In this document: positions 52,225-64,000 of the stretch, piece by piece
Layout of the letters: every line of letters starts with the position of its first letter
Position numbering within the stretch: the stretch's first letter is position 1
NCBI RefSeq assembly: GCF_006345805.1
Contig: NC_043010.1
Coordinates: forward strand, 31,806,001 to 31,870,000
Direction of reading: 5' to 3'
Length of the DNA: 64,000 nucleotides
Source of the DNA: Octopus sinensis
Taxonomy: Eukaryota
Notes under the pieces: model-generated
Told to the model about the DNA's origin: nothing
What the model saw: the letters and a program-made list of their open reading frames with translations, nothing else
The model's database searches: none
Made by a program: the position numbers and the translations under genes

Positions 52225-53900
52225 ATCCCAGTGATTCTCCATTTGAGATTCTTTAAATGAATTTGTGCACACACTTTGTTGTGTGCATTAACAACTCAAC
52301 CAACAGACCAACACTACGTATTTATAAACACAAGGAACTCACTTAACGTAATAAAATAAAAGGCGGCGAGCTGGCAGAAACGTTAGCACACTGGGTGAAA
52401 TGCGTAGCCGTATTTCGTCTGCCGTTACATTCTGAGTTCAAATTCCGCCGAGGTCGACTTTGCCTTTCATCCTTTCGGAGTCGATAAATTAAGTACCAGT
52501 TACACACTGGGTCGATGTAATCGACTTAATTCGTTTGTCTGTCCTTGTTTGTCCCCTCTATGTTTAGCCCCTTGTGGGTAATAAAGAAACATATAATAAT
52601 AAATGCCAAAACGAATTTCTGTGTGTGTCAGTGTGTCACACTTTGATCCCCTCTCTCACTATTCAATGACACTTCTACTCCTCTTTCTGGGGTGAGAGTA
52701 ATAGTAGACATAGAGATGGTGAGGGCAGTAGTAGATTGACAGTTGAGATGGTAATGGGCTGATGGTAATCGTATGAGCTGTAGTTGTGATAGAAGCGGAG
52801 GCGACAGTGATGATGGTGGTGGTAGCTGAGGCGATAATAGTAAGGAATGTGAAAGACAGTAGTAATGGTGGTGGAGGAGAAGGTGGCGAAGTCAAAGGTG
52901 TTGGTGGTGGTGGCGTCAGAAGCCTGAATGGTGTGTATATGGCAGTTGTGGTGGCGATAATGGTGGTGATGGTAATGGTTGAAAACAATTAACAGAGAGA
53001 GAGAAAGAAGTTAGAAAGAAAAAAATTGTACTTAGACCCCTCCCCCCAATGGGAAGACAAAAAATGTTGTTTATCATGAAGCTTTGCACTAAGTTCCAAG
53101 TCAATATATTATACCACTGTTTTGACAAAAATTGTTCATTGCTTGAAAACTATTGGTCAAGTTTGATAAAGTTTAATATGTACTCAATGCATGAAATGTC
53201 ATTATTGGGCTCATGGCCCAATGAAGAGCCCTCCATAGGAGCTAGTTTAAAAGCCACCCCATCAGGTGGCTTTTAAACTAGTTTTCAATATTTTGCAAAA
53301 CCCTACCTGGCCATGAGCAAACATTAGCTTGCTTGCTTGCAAACTGGGGAAGCTTTATGACTAGGAAGGCATCTGTCCATAGAAAATCTGTCTCAATAAA
53401 CTTTGACCCATGCAAGTTTGGAAAAGTGAAAGTTAAAATGATGTTGTTTTCTATATTTTTGTGCAAACATATTTTTTTAAATATTACATAAATTCATGTA
53501 ATTACTTGTAAATGAATTATTATTGTATTCTGTAACTTTTTACTAATATTTGATGCGATACTTAAAGGTCTTTGAAATTCTTAGTCTTTCTAAACCATCC
53601 AAAAAGCTGAGCTTATGAGCTTGTTGCAAAGATGATCTCTTTCATAAAATTTCAAGCTACCTAAGTGTAAAACTGTGATTTACAGTCTGGAACGAACCAT
53701 CAAGTAAAGCATGCACACATGCATGCACTACTAGAATGCTTGTACAATCTGTTAGTGGCACTGAAAATTTGTAAGACATCCCAGTGATTCTCCATTTGAG
53801 ATTCTTTAAATGAATTTGTGCACACACTTTGTTGTGTGCATTAACAACTCAACCAACAGATCAACACTACATATTTATAAACACAAGGAACTCACTTAAC
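52225..53900 (+). repeat. 123-bp direct repeats (52225-52347 and 53778-53900)
   Basis: The copies differ at about 2 positions. Confidence 0.85.
52360..52590 (+). mobile_element. tRNA-derived SINE (second family), near full length
   Basis: GGCGGCGAGCTGGCAGAAACGTTAGC..GAGTTCAAATTCCGCCGAGGTCGACTTTGCCTTTCATCC..TAATAAAGAAA. Confidence 0.8.
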
Positions 53901-54739
53901 TTAAAAAGTCCTAACACTTTGTTAGCAACTGTCTTCAACTCTCTTAAGTAGAACTTAAATAAATTTCAAAGAAAAACGTACATACATGTATACTTATGTA
54001 CATACATATGCATACATGCATACATTTACTTTTACATATTAAGAATATATTGATATAAGCACCGAGATGTCTGGTGATATGAAGTTCTTGAGAAGACCTG
54101 TCCATGTCAGTGAAACTGATTTCTAGAAGCACTGTGTGTTCCATCCACACATAACAGGAAAACTTTTCACACACCCTACCCCAATAAACAAAGCTACATC
54201 TCTTCTCTTCCCTACATTTCATCTTTCATACACTATGCTATTTCTCACTCCCCGATCCTGTCCTCACAGCCTTGTTCACTGTATGATTGCTATCCAGTAG
54301 TCCCCAACCCCATCTATATACCCATGATTTCACCACTCACTTCATTTACCTACCCCACTCTCTACTCATGTTTCGTTGGCAATGCCCTGCCACTTACCTC
54401 AAGGGTATGCCCTGGCACTTGCCATCACCTACTCTCTTTTCTCTTTTACTTGACCATCCCATTTATATTATGATTCCCGCACCTTGTGAGTATGCCCAGC
54501 ATTTTGCCACCATCTCGCTCCTGCTCTCTTCCACTCTGTCTCTCCTTCTGTTCTTCCCTTAGGTTGGGTAACCATGCATCTCTTTTACAACAGCACACCT
54601 ATTTCTGTCCTCATTTCCCTCTCTCTCTCTCTCTCTCTGGCTGGGTAACGATGTACCGAAACACCTGTTTCTGTCTCTCTATGTTATTATAACTTTTCAT
54701 CATCTGACACAAGGTCACTTCCTCCAATGCCCCCTCCCC

Positions 54740-55075
54740 TCTCAAAAGTTCCTTATCTTGCAAATTACTTGGTAACCCTGCAAGTGCCAGTACCACTTAA
54801 AAAGTATCCCATCTACACTGTAAAGTGCTTGGCATTTGGAAGGGCATCCAGCTATAAAAACCATGCCAAACTGACCTTGCCTGTGCTTGTTGCACATAAA
54901 AAGCACTCAGTTCACTCTGATAAGTGGTTGGTGTTATGAAGAGCATCTAGCTGTAAAAACCCGGCCAAAACAGACACAGAAGTCTGGTGCAAGCCCCTGC
55001 CTGGCCAGCTCCTATCAAACTGTCCAACCCAAGCCAGCATGGAAGGCGGACATTAAACAATGATGATGATGAAAC
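54740..55075 (+). mobile_element. SINE/RTE-tail repeat
   Basis: ..GGAAGGGCATCCAGCT..CCAACCCAAGCCAGCATGGAAGGCGGACATTAAACAATGATGATG. Confidence 0.7.
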
Positions 55076-55889
55076 AGTATGTGATGATATGATAATTTAA
55101 ATTTTAATGTAAACTTTCAAGCATGTGTTTTTAGCAAGTATATGTTTTTTTAGACAAGTTGCGAAAATTAGCCATTGTGGTTAAAGCACAAAATTTTCTG
55201 TCTCTGGCCAGAAAATAGAGATCAGCTTCACTAGCTCCAGTATTTATTACTTCTTTATCTGGGATCAATAACTCAGTTACTTGGTTACAGAAGTAATATT
55301 AACTTAAAGCTATTTGATTAATTAATTCCCATTGCCGGCACATGCACTATTATGCAAATTAGGAAGCCTAACTTAATTCTGTCAGGCTATGTGTATTCTA
55401 TAAATAGCCATAATCTAAACTTTTTCGTGGACAGAGAAGTGGAAGAGTGTCAGATAAAATGCTGGCAGTATTTCTATCTTGAGTTCTAATCTTGTCAACT
55501 TCGTTTTTTGTTATCTTGCCATGATCAATAAATAAATCACTGGAGTGGGGGTGTTTTCCCTCTTTTTGTTCTTCTCTTTCTCTTTCAGAATTGGTTGTGT
55601 TCTATGATGAGTTATGGGATATGAGTCACAGTACCTCTGTCTACAAATACAGAAGAATCAAGGGACAATTTCTCAAAAAAAAAAAAAAAACCCATAAAAA
55701 CTATTCATAGAGGGACTGAAGTGCAACACAGTACAAAATGACATATAAAAAAAAAAGATCATTAATGTGAACAATGCATCTCTGTTGAAGTAGCAACAAA
55801 TACAGAAACTAGTCACATAGCTCTTCTATTACTGACAACAAAGTTTTAAAAAATTATTTTATTCATAGAGTTTACTTTTTAATGAAGAC

Positions 55890-56790
55890 TTAAATATATG
55901 CAATTCACCCTTATGCTCACAGCTCAAGTGTGTTTTGGAGCGAATGGAGATGATGCCTAGCCTCAAAGTGATTATCAAGGCTGACAGGCAGCCACCTGGC
56001 AAGTGTGCCCGGTGGTTCAATACACCTGCACCAAATGAGATTGCAGTCATTCTGGTTGGAGAAGAGCATGGCAAATGTGACATCATCTTGAAGCATCATG
56101 ACAACCGCTTATTATCCACAAGTCATATGATTGCTTGCAGTATCCTTTGATGTTTCCACATGGAGAGGATGATATAATTTTGAGTTGCACCAAGTAGACC
56201 CGGTAACTGGGAGGAGACCAACAAACATATTTCCTGCAAGGATTTTTATGACTGCCATCTACTGGTCCGAGATGGAAAATTTGACCAGCTTTTGCGGTTC
56301 AAGCAGGTGATGAGTCAGTTCATGGTGAACATTTACGCAAAGATCAAAACTGAGTGTTTGCTACACGTTCGCATTAACCAGAAGAAATTGAGATCAGAAC
56401 AATATATCTACCTGCAGGATGCGCTGAATCACGATGGCAATGCTCAAAACATGGGTCAGCAAGTCATCCTACCATCAAGTTTCACTAGCTCATAATGTAT
56501 CCAGGATGCCATGGCCTATGTGCACAAATTTGGCCTTTTTATAACATTCACCTCTAACCCACAGTGGAAGGACATTTGGGACATGATCTTATCATAAGGG
56601 TTTTCCACCAGAAGCAGAAGCTGCTATGGCTGCTAAAGGATGGAAAAATATTTGGTGATCTTAATGCATAGATGTACACCATAGAATGGCAAAAACGAGG
56701 CCTCCCCCACTTTCATACGCTTATCTGGTGTAAGGAGAGAATCAGACCAGAGAACATCGATCAGATCATTTCAGCTGAGTTGCCTCCATA
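55890..56790 (+). mobile_element. Helitron remnant, Rep (HUH) region
   Basis: FNTPAPNEIAVIL, QFMVNIYAKIKTE..LRSEQY..VILPSSFT, QDAMAYV..FITFTSNPQW and YTIEWQKRGLPHFH. Confidence 0.88.
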
Positions 56791-57149
56791 TTAAAATAAA
56801 TTTGTTTGAAATTTTAAGGTGTTTCTGTTATTTTGTCCAACTCCTGTATCTTACTATGGCACCTGTAACAAAACACGTCACTAAAGAATATTACAGCTGA
56901 ATAAAGAATATCTGGACCTTTGAACTCTCTGCATTCTATAAAACAGTGGTCCACAATATGTTTGCAGTGCCAATACTAATACCAACATTTGGGCTGCTTG
57001 ATTGGATGCTTGATGAGATCTAAGCTGTTAATGTGAAAACCCGGAAGATACTAACAAGCACACATAATTTTCACATCAGTAGTGATGTAGACAACCTCTA
57101 GCTCAAATGAAAATAAGTTGGCAGAGGCTTAACATTGATTCAAACTGCC

Positions 57150-58135
57150 TTTGAATGTCATATCATATCCCTTCAGCAAAATCTTTTAAATCCCCAGTGT
57201 TGAAGTGCATCCCTTAACCAGGTTTGCATACACATGAGGTTGATAACATCATAAGACTTGGAATGCAGCTCCTTGAGCAGCATTCCTTGCCTGATAACCT
57301 TAAATACATTCCCAAAGAAGTTGCACAACTCTACTGCAACATATAATCAGATGAAAGGATGAGCGCATATCAGCAGAAGATGGATATGTTAGTAGAAAGC
57401 TCCGAGATGATAGCAGCATTGATCATCAAAGCAGTCTATCTGAACCAACAACCAAATTACTACCTCCCACTTTGAAGAATATGCATTTGCAATCCACGAA
57501 CAAGAAATATTAACCAAATACTTGGTGCATGAAATGGATAGAGATGCAGGAAAAGCAGTAAAATGTGACAACAAATGCAGACTTTGTGGAGTTAACACTG
57601 AAGATATCGCTCACATCATAATCAGTTGTCTGAAAATGTCATCATGATATTATCTACTGATAATGCATGATATAGTAGGACACTGTATCTCAAAATCCAT
57701 CGAAAGGATAACCCTGAGGACAAAGAAATAAGAAATATAGTGGAAGCCTTAGCCACTCACAAAAAAGGAATACTGTTAGGATGTCCCAGTCAAAACTTAA
57801 TATAATGATTTGGAATAGAGAAGAGAAGCTGTGTACAGTTATGAAAATCATCTGCCCAGCGGATGTTAGCATAAAACTGAACATTAGTAAAAAAAGAGAA
57901 TACCTATGCTGAACTATTGAGAAATCTGCAATTACTCTATCCAGATTGCAAGTTTAGGTTTATACCTGTAATTATTGTGGCACTAGGATATGTAAAACAC
58001 TGCCTAAGAACGAATCTTGAGAAATTAGGCTTCTCAAAACCAGAAAGGAGAAAGCTGATTTGAAAACTACAGATCAAAGCCATCACTGGAATTTTAAAAA
58101 TCTGTAAAACTTTCCAGAAGTTTATCATTTAAATA
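57150..58135 (+). mobile_element. R4/Dong-like LINE 3' part (CCHC knuckle and restriction-like endonuclease)
   Basis: FAIHEQEILTKYL..KCRLCGVNTEDIAHIIISC and IMIWNREEKLCTVMKIICPADVSI..TYAELLRNLQ..IPVIIVALG. Confidence 0.75.
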
Positions 58136-58617
58136 TATATGAGCATATCTAGATATGCAACTATATGCATGAGAATATATGCATAAAGAAAAATATACAA
58201 ATTTGCACGTATACATACATACATACATACAAAAATACCCTGTTGATATTGTTGAAATTCCAATGAAGGAGCCTTGGATCTAGGTTAAAAACTGGCTCTT
58301 TATTGGCAAGAAATCTTGAAATAAAACGGAATAATGACACACACACACACACACACACATGCGTGCACCTCTCCTCACCCGCACTATACATATAAAATAT
58401 ATATAAGCTGGTATCTGAGAGGTACAGTGTATGTATGTGTATATATGTATATGTGTGTGTGTATATATATATATGTATTTATGTATGTATATATATGTAT
58501 ATGTATATATATATATGCACATGTATATATTTGTATATGTATATATATATATATATACAAACACAAACACACACACATATATATATATATAATATAGAAT
58601 ACATATAAAATATATAT

Positions 58618-58928
58618 CATCATCATTTAATGTTCGTTTTCCATGCTGGCATGGATTGGACAGTTTGATAGGAGCTGGCAAGCAAGAGAGCTGCACCAGA
58701 CTCCAATTGCCTGTTTTGACATAGTTTCTGTGGCAGGATGCTCTTCTAATGCCAACCACTTCACTGAGTGTACTGGGTGCTTTCTGTAAAGTGGCTGGTG
58801 TTAGGAAGGGCATCCAGTATTGAAACCATACCAAACCAGATAAATGAAGCCTGGTGCAGCTCTACTGCTTGCCAGCTAAACTGTCCAACCTATTCCAGTA
58901 TGGAAAACGGATATTAAATGATTATGAT
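58618..58928. repeat. Head-to-head inverted pair of SINE/RTE-tail fragments
   Basis: A minus-strand copy (58618-~58790) abuts a plus-strand copy (~58791-58928). Confidence 0.7.
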
Positions 58929-60066
58929 ATATATATATATTATATACATATATAGACACTCATACACACATGCACTCACACACAAATATCTAATTTTACA
59001 GTGGATTATCTTTATGTTGGTAGAGAGTCTTATATTTACATTTACAGTTAAACTACTTTAGAATTTTGTTGAGTAATTTGAATGCCTGTTGATATGTCTT
59101 TTATTATACAAGCTTTTTGTGGGACAGGTACTTACTGATAAACACATCAAATATAATACTAGGTGAGTTAACTGTTTGGAGATGTGATGTGATTTCTATG
59201 CACAGGCAGAATTCTTTGAAAGATTTTATTAAGTCTTTCAATAACTTGTCTAAATAATTCTCATTCATGTTACGGGAGAATATGAAGCAGGTAAGATGGT
59301 AGCATTCATATAGATATGATGTAAATGGATTTCACCTTTGGGTGAAAAAGTGCTTAATACTGACCATAAATGTTATCAGTGGTGGATGAAACCAAGGAAT
59401 ACATGGGAAAAAGTGATTAAGTTAGATCTTAGGAAAATTGAACTCACAGATCAGGATGACACAGGATTAAAATGAGTTGTGATATGGTGTAACTGATTGA
59501 TACTGATTGAGGTGAGTAATGTGGTGATATGAGTGGTACAGTGAGCGTGACTAGTCATGTGACAGCATGAAAAAGCAGATGTTAAAACAGCAACAACAAC
59601 AATGATGATGCTAGTAGTGGTGATGGTAGTGGTGGTGGTGATCTTGAGCAGAAATGAGAAAAAATAACATTGGACCAGTCTAGAAGAATATGCATTTACG
59701 TTCTAATCCAAATTGTTTTCAAGTGCAAAAATCAGTAAAATATAACCATCTGAAAGTCTGTACTCTGAGTCAGCATAGGTTTCATTTGAAATACTAACAT
59801 TATACAACATACAACAAAATATGTGCCCCACTTGATGTATACCTCCAACCTCACACTTTCTAACTCAAACAGGTATCAATAATCCTACATTACATACTTC
59901 ATATCCACAATGAACAACCATATACATCAAGACTACAAAATCACTACACTGCACTTCAGCATAAACATTAGCCTATAAACAAATGCACAGAAATCACACC
60001 AATGTAATTCAACAATAAAACATCTAAAAGTGTTCCACCAAACATTAACACAAATTATATAAGAAT

Positions 60067-60450
60067 ACCAGGTCACACTAACTCAGAATATGAAACACTA
60101 CCAGGTTACACTCAAAGAATATTGGCTCAACTCAGAATATGAATCAGTCCCATGTTGCAATCAAACTACACTGGCTTACTGGCTTATCTCAGTATCTGAA
60201 ACAATACCAGGTCACACTCAAACCATATTGGCCCAATGTATAATCTGAAACACTAAAATCTCTCACTCATATCATGCTGGTTCAACTCAGGACCTGAAAC
60301 ACTGCCAAGTTCCATTCAAACCATACTGGCTCAACTCAGAATGGGAAACAATTACCAGACCATACTCAAACTACACTAGCTCTACTGAAATACAACTGGG
60401 TCTCATTCAAACCATACTGGCCCAACTAAAATGCTGAAACATTACCAGGG
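60067..60450. repeat. Diverged ~49-bp minisatellite, ~8 copies
   Basis: Consensus approx. ACCAGGTCACACTCAAACCATACTGGCTCAACTCAGAATATGAAACACT. Unit starts at 60100, 60149, 60206, 60255, 60304 and 60354. Confidence 0.75.
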
Positions 60451-60670
60451 AACAATGAGATTACAGTAACTCATTATTCTACCTATATCTTATATGATAT
60501 AAGCACCGAAAAACAGAGTCTGTACTCTTTCTCTTCTCTGAGGATCAGATACAAAGCATTACACACATTTTTTTTATTGTATGGACATTCCTACCAACAC
60601 AACTAGATATAAATTTCCTGTTGGTATTCACTATAAGTGTAGCTGAATTTCTCAGCAGGTGTGGCTGGGC

Positions 60671-60798
<128 letters not shown>

Positions 60799-61435
60799 TG
60801 TTTTTAAAGGAGATTAGCAATACCATGTCGATGGTGATGACAGCAATTAGATATTTATATAACTGAGTGCGTGTTAAATCTGAAATTGTTGTTTATAAGA
60901 TATAAAAGTTCAATAGTGCTTTTATGAACATTTTAGCATTTAATTTATAAAACAATAATACATACAAGCACACAAGCCAACGTACTTATTATACTGAGTA
61001 CACAGCCCAGCCAAATAATAATTTAGCTAACAGGAACATTTCTGGTTAGGTAGCAAAGTGGTCATCTCATCCAAACCTAACAAGTATGAAAGGTTTGGCT
61101 TCATTCCAAAGCAATAGAAACATCTGAAAATAGTCGTGTCCACTGCAGTGCTATTGAAACTAGACATATAAGTCACTAAAGACTGCCATTGCAGCATTTC
61201 ACCTACCAACTAATTATATTATTTAAGTGGTGGTGATGATATTACAGAGATAGCAAGGTTGAGAAAAGAGAGGCAGGATAAATCTGTATTGGATTTTAGG
61301 GTATGCATAGATGGGAGAGGTGAACTGTGGCTTGTGGAAAGATAAGCAGATATAACCTATGTTGTGTTATATCTGTGTATGTGGGGTCAGCTGTAATTTT
61401 AAGGGAAGATTGGCAAACAAATCTGAACTGTTTTA

Positions 61436-61436
<1 letters not shown>

Positions 61437-61504
<68 letters not shown>

Positions 61505-61529
61505 CTATCTATCTATCTATCTATCTATC

Positions 61530-61561
<32 letters not shown>

Positions 61562-61574
61562 GTGTGTGTATATA

Positions 61575-61630
<56 letters not shown>
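61437..61630. repeat. Compound (TCTA)n/(TA)n microsatellite
   Basis: Directly visible. Confidence 0.95.
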
Positions 61631-61631
<1 letters not shown>

Positions 61632-61943
61632 GTAAAAAGCACCATCTGAATTGTGGCCGAAGCCAGTGCCGCCTCGACTGGCTTCCATGCAGGTGGCACG
61701 TAAAATGCACCAATCCGACCGTGGCCGATGCCAGCCTCGCCTGGCACCAGTGCAGGTGGCACGTAAAAAGCAACCACTACACTCACGGAGTGGTTGGCAT
61801 TAGGAAGGGCATCCAGCTGTAGAAACATTGCCAGATAAGACCAGAGCCTGGTGCAGCCTTCTGGCTTCCCAGATCCCCAGTCGAACCGTCCAACCCATGC
61901 TAGCATGGAGAACAGACGTTAAACGATGATAATGCTGATGATG

Positions 61944-61945
<2 letters not shown>
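61632..61945 (+). mobile_element. SINE/RTE-tail repeat with internal ~58-bp tandem units
   Basis: GTAAAA(A/T)GCACCA..GGTGGCAC is repeated, followed by the common tail. Confidence 0.75.
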
Positions 61946-61976
<31 letters not shown>

Positions 61977-62642
61977 CATACACACATACATGCATCCACA
62001 CTCACACACATATATATATATCCACACACACACGCACACACACACACACACACATATATATATGTATGTATGTACATTCACACATAGATGCATCCACACA
62101 CACATTCATGTACATATAGATATATGTATGCACACATACAAATGTGGGTGGTGATGTGTAATTTTATGAAGACATACAGAGAAATATGTTTTAAGAGAAT
62201 GGTATGAAAAGAAAGATTAGGGAATTAAAAAAATAAGAGTAAAAGTAACATTTTGAGACAATTATGGAGGAAGGGTGGGAACAAAAGAGAAGATACGAAA
62301 GGAATGAGATAAAGGAAGTGTAAAGAGAGAAAGAGCTGGGTTTTTTTTATCACTCTATCTCTCTCACTCACCACCTCATCTCTACATCATTCTCCACCTC
62401 ATTCTCTCTACCATCTCTCTCTACAAGTGTCTCTACTACACACACACACACACGTACACACACATACACACAGAGACAAATATGTGTGAAGTAGAAAGTT
62501 ACATATATATACATAAATACATATACCCATGCACATACATATACATACATAAATACATACATAAATATATATGAACAAGCATGCAGACACAGATTCATTG
62601 ATTCATTGACTGTTATCTAGCTGATTGTGCCCAATAAATTAG

Positions 62643-62696
<54 letters not shown>

Positions 62697-63274
62697 GGAT
62701 GGGTGGGGACAGAGAGAGACTGAGACAGGAAGAAGTGGTAGAAAAAGGTAGATGTCTTTCTACAAGTATGTTTGACATTTAGTTTGTAGAGAGAAAGAGA
62801 GAGGAGAAGATGGTGATGGGAAGAGGGTAGGTGTCTTTCTACAAATAACATTTGATAATTTCTACATTGTAGGTAACTGTTGAGCATTTCTATAGGATTT
62901 TATGACTGAATCTATCCTCTTCCTGTTGTAGTTTTCGTTTATCTCTAGGTACAACAGCATTCACTAATGTGTCCTTCACTTTTTTAAGACTGCATGGTGG
63001 AATTTAATAAAATTTGATTGTTGTTTCCAATAAGTAGAGCAATTGAGCAGTAGCAACTTGATTGACTTCGAACTCAGTGGTGTATGTGTGTGTGTGTGTG
63101 GTGTGTGTGTGTGGTGTGTGTGTGTGCGCATGCATGTATATATGTGTGTAAATATATATATATATATATGTATATAACGGGAAGCTTTATGAAAATAGAC
63201 AAAAGACGAAGGCAGGTGGAAAACAAACAAACAATTGTATTAGTATGGCGCTCAGGAAATATAAATAAAACAAG

Positions 63275-63312
63275 TCTTTAACGTTTCGAGCCTACGCTCT
63301 TCAACAGAAAGA
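63275..63312 (-). ncRNA. Minimal hammerhead-like motif with A6U core
   Basis: TCTTT-CTGTTGA-A-GAGC-GTAG-GCTC-GAA-ACGT-T-AAAGA. Confidence 0.55.
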
Positions 63313-63339
63313 TACATATATATATATAATATATATATA

Positions 63340-63372
<33 letters not shown>

Positions 63373-63472
63373 ATATATATATATATATACACATATATAT
63401 ATATATACATCCATATATACATACATATATATACATACATACATATATATATATACATACATATATACATAC

Positions 63473-63541
<69 letters not shown>

Positions 63542-63812
63542 TTATTTATATATATAATCAACTAATAAGGGTGAGAAAATTGGATACTAATTTAATATAC
63601 CATCAATTTAACACCAAGTGGCTTAGTGCATAAAAACCGGGAATACAATAAATTTTATACGTAAATATAAGAGAGTGATCACTATGTGGTCGACTCTAGC
63701 ACTAAAAATAGATCCGCTACGGTTTAGCCACGAAGAATTGTTTCCGGTGAAAGTTAGCACAACTATTAGCGTAAACGAGTAGGGCAAATAAAAAATAACA
63801 AAAATACAGATT

Positions 63813-63891
63813 AATTCAGGACAATTGTTTCGCTATTAATAAATTATGTAATTTTACTCACATAACGTATATGTAGCTCCTCAGCTGAATT
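63813..63891 (-). ncRNA. Type I hammerhead ribozyme, intact
   Basis: AATTCAG-CTGAGGA-GCTA..TAGC-GAAA-CAATTG-TC/CTGAATT: 7-bp stem I, GUC cleavage triplet and palindromic stem III. Confidence 0.88.
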
Positions 63892-64000
63892 TGTATAGAA
63901 TACAATTTACTCAACCGCCTGCCAGATTTTACCATAACGATAAACACACATGTGGTTCAGTCGATTGCATTCGCCGTTCTGAGGAGCTACAGATATGTTA

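Overview
AT-rich, repeat-dominated eukaryotic DNA. The SINE families, RTE-like tails and dense (TA)n/(CA)n/(AG)n/(TCTA)n tracts suggest an octopus (coleoid cephalopod) genome; this is an inference. I could not support any host protein-coding exon. Every recognisable coding remnant is transposon-derived: Penelope-like elements (PLEs), RTE and R4-like LINEs, mariner, hAT (Buster/Charlie-like), piggyBac and Helitron. The main unexpected signal is a ~401-bp tandem array at 10587-12791 (~5.5 units, flanked by (TA)n). Each unit carries a canonical type I hammerhead ribozyme (HHR) with a loopless palindromic stem III, which fits a non-LTR retrozyme able to release ~401-nt monomeric or circular RNA. 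About ten further HHR or HHR-like motifs from other repeat families are scattered through the window. These include an intact one at 63813-63891 and recurrent core variants (CUGUNGA x4, CCGAUGA x3). Other notable structures are a nearly intact piggyBac transposase with one in-frame stop, a perfect 323-bp palindrome, an internally inverted Penelope element, and a 2.7-kb tandem duplication. All base pairings were read by eye; no folding or database search was run.
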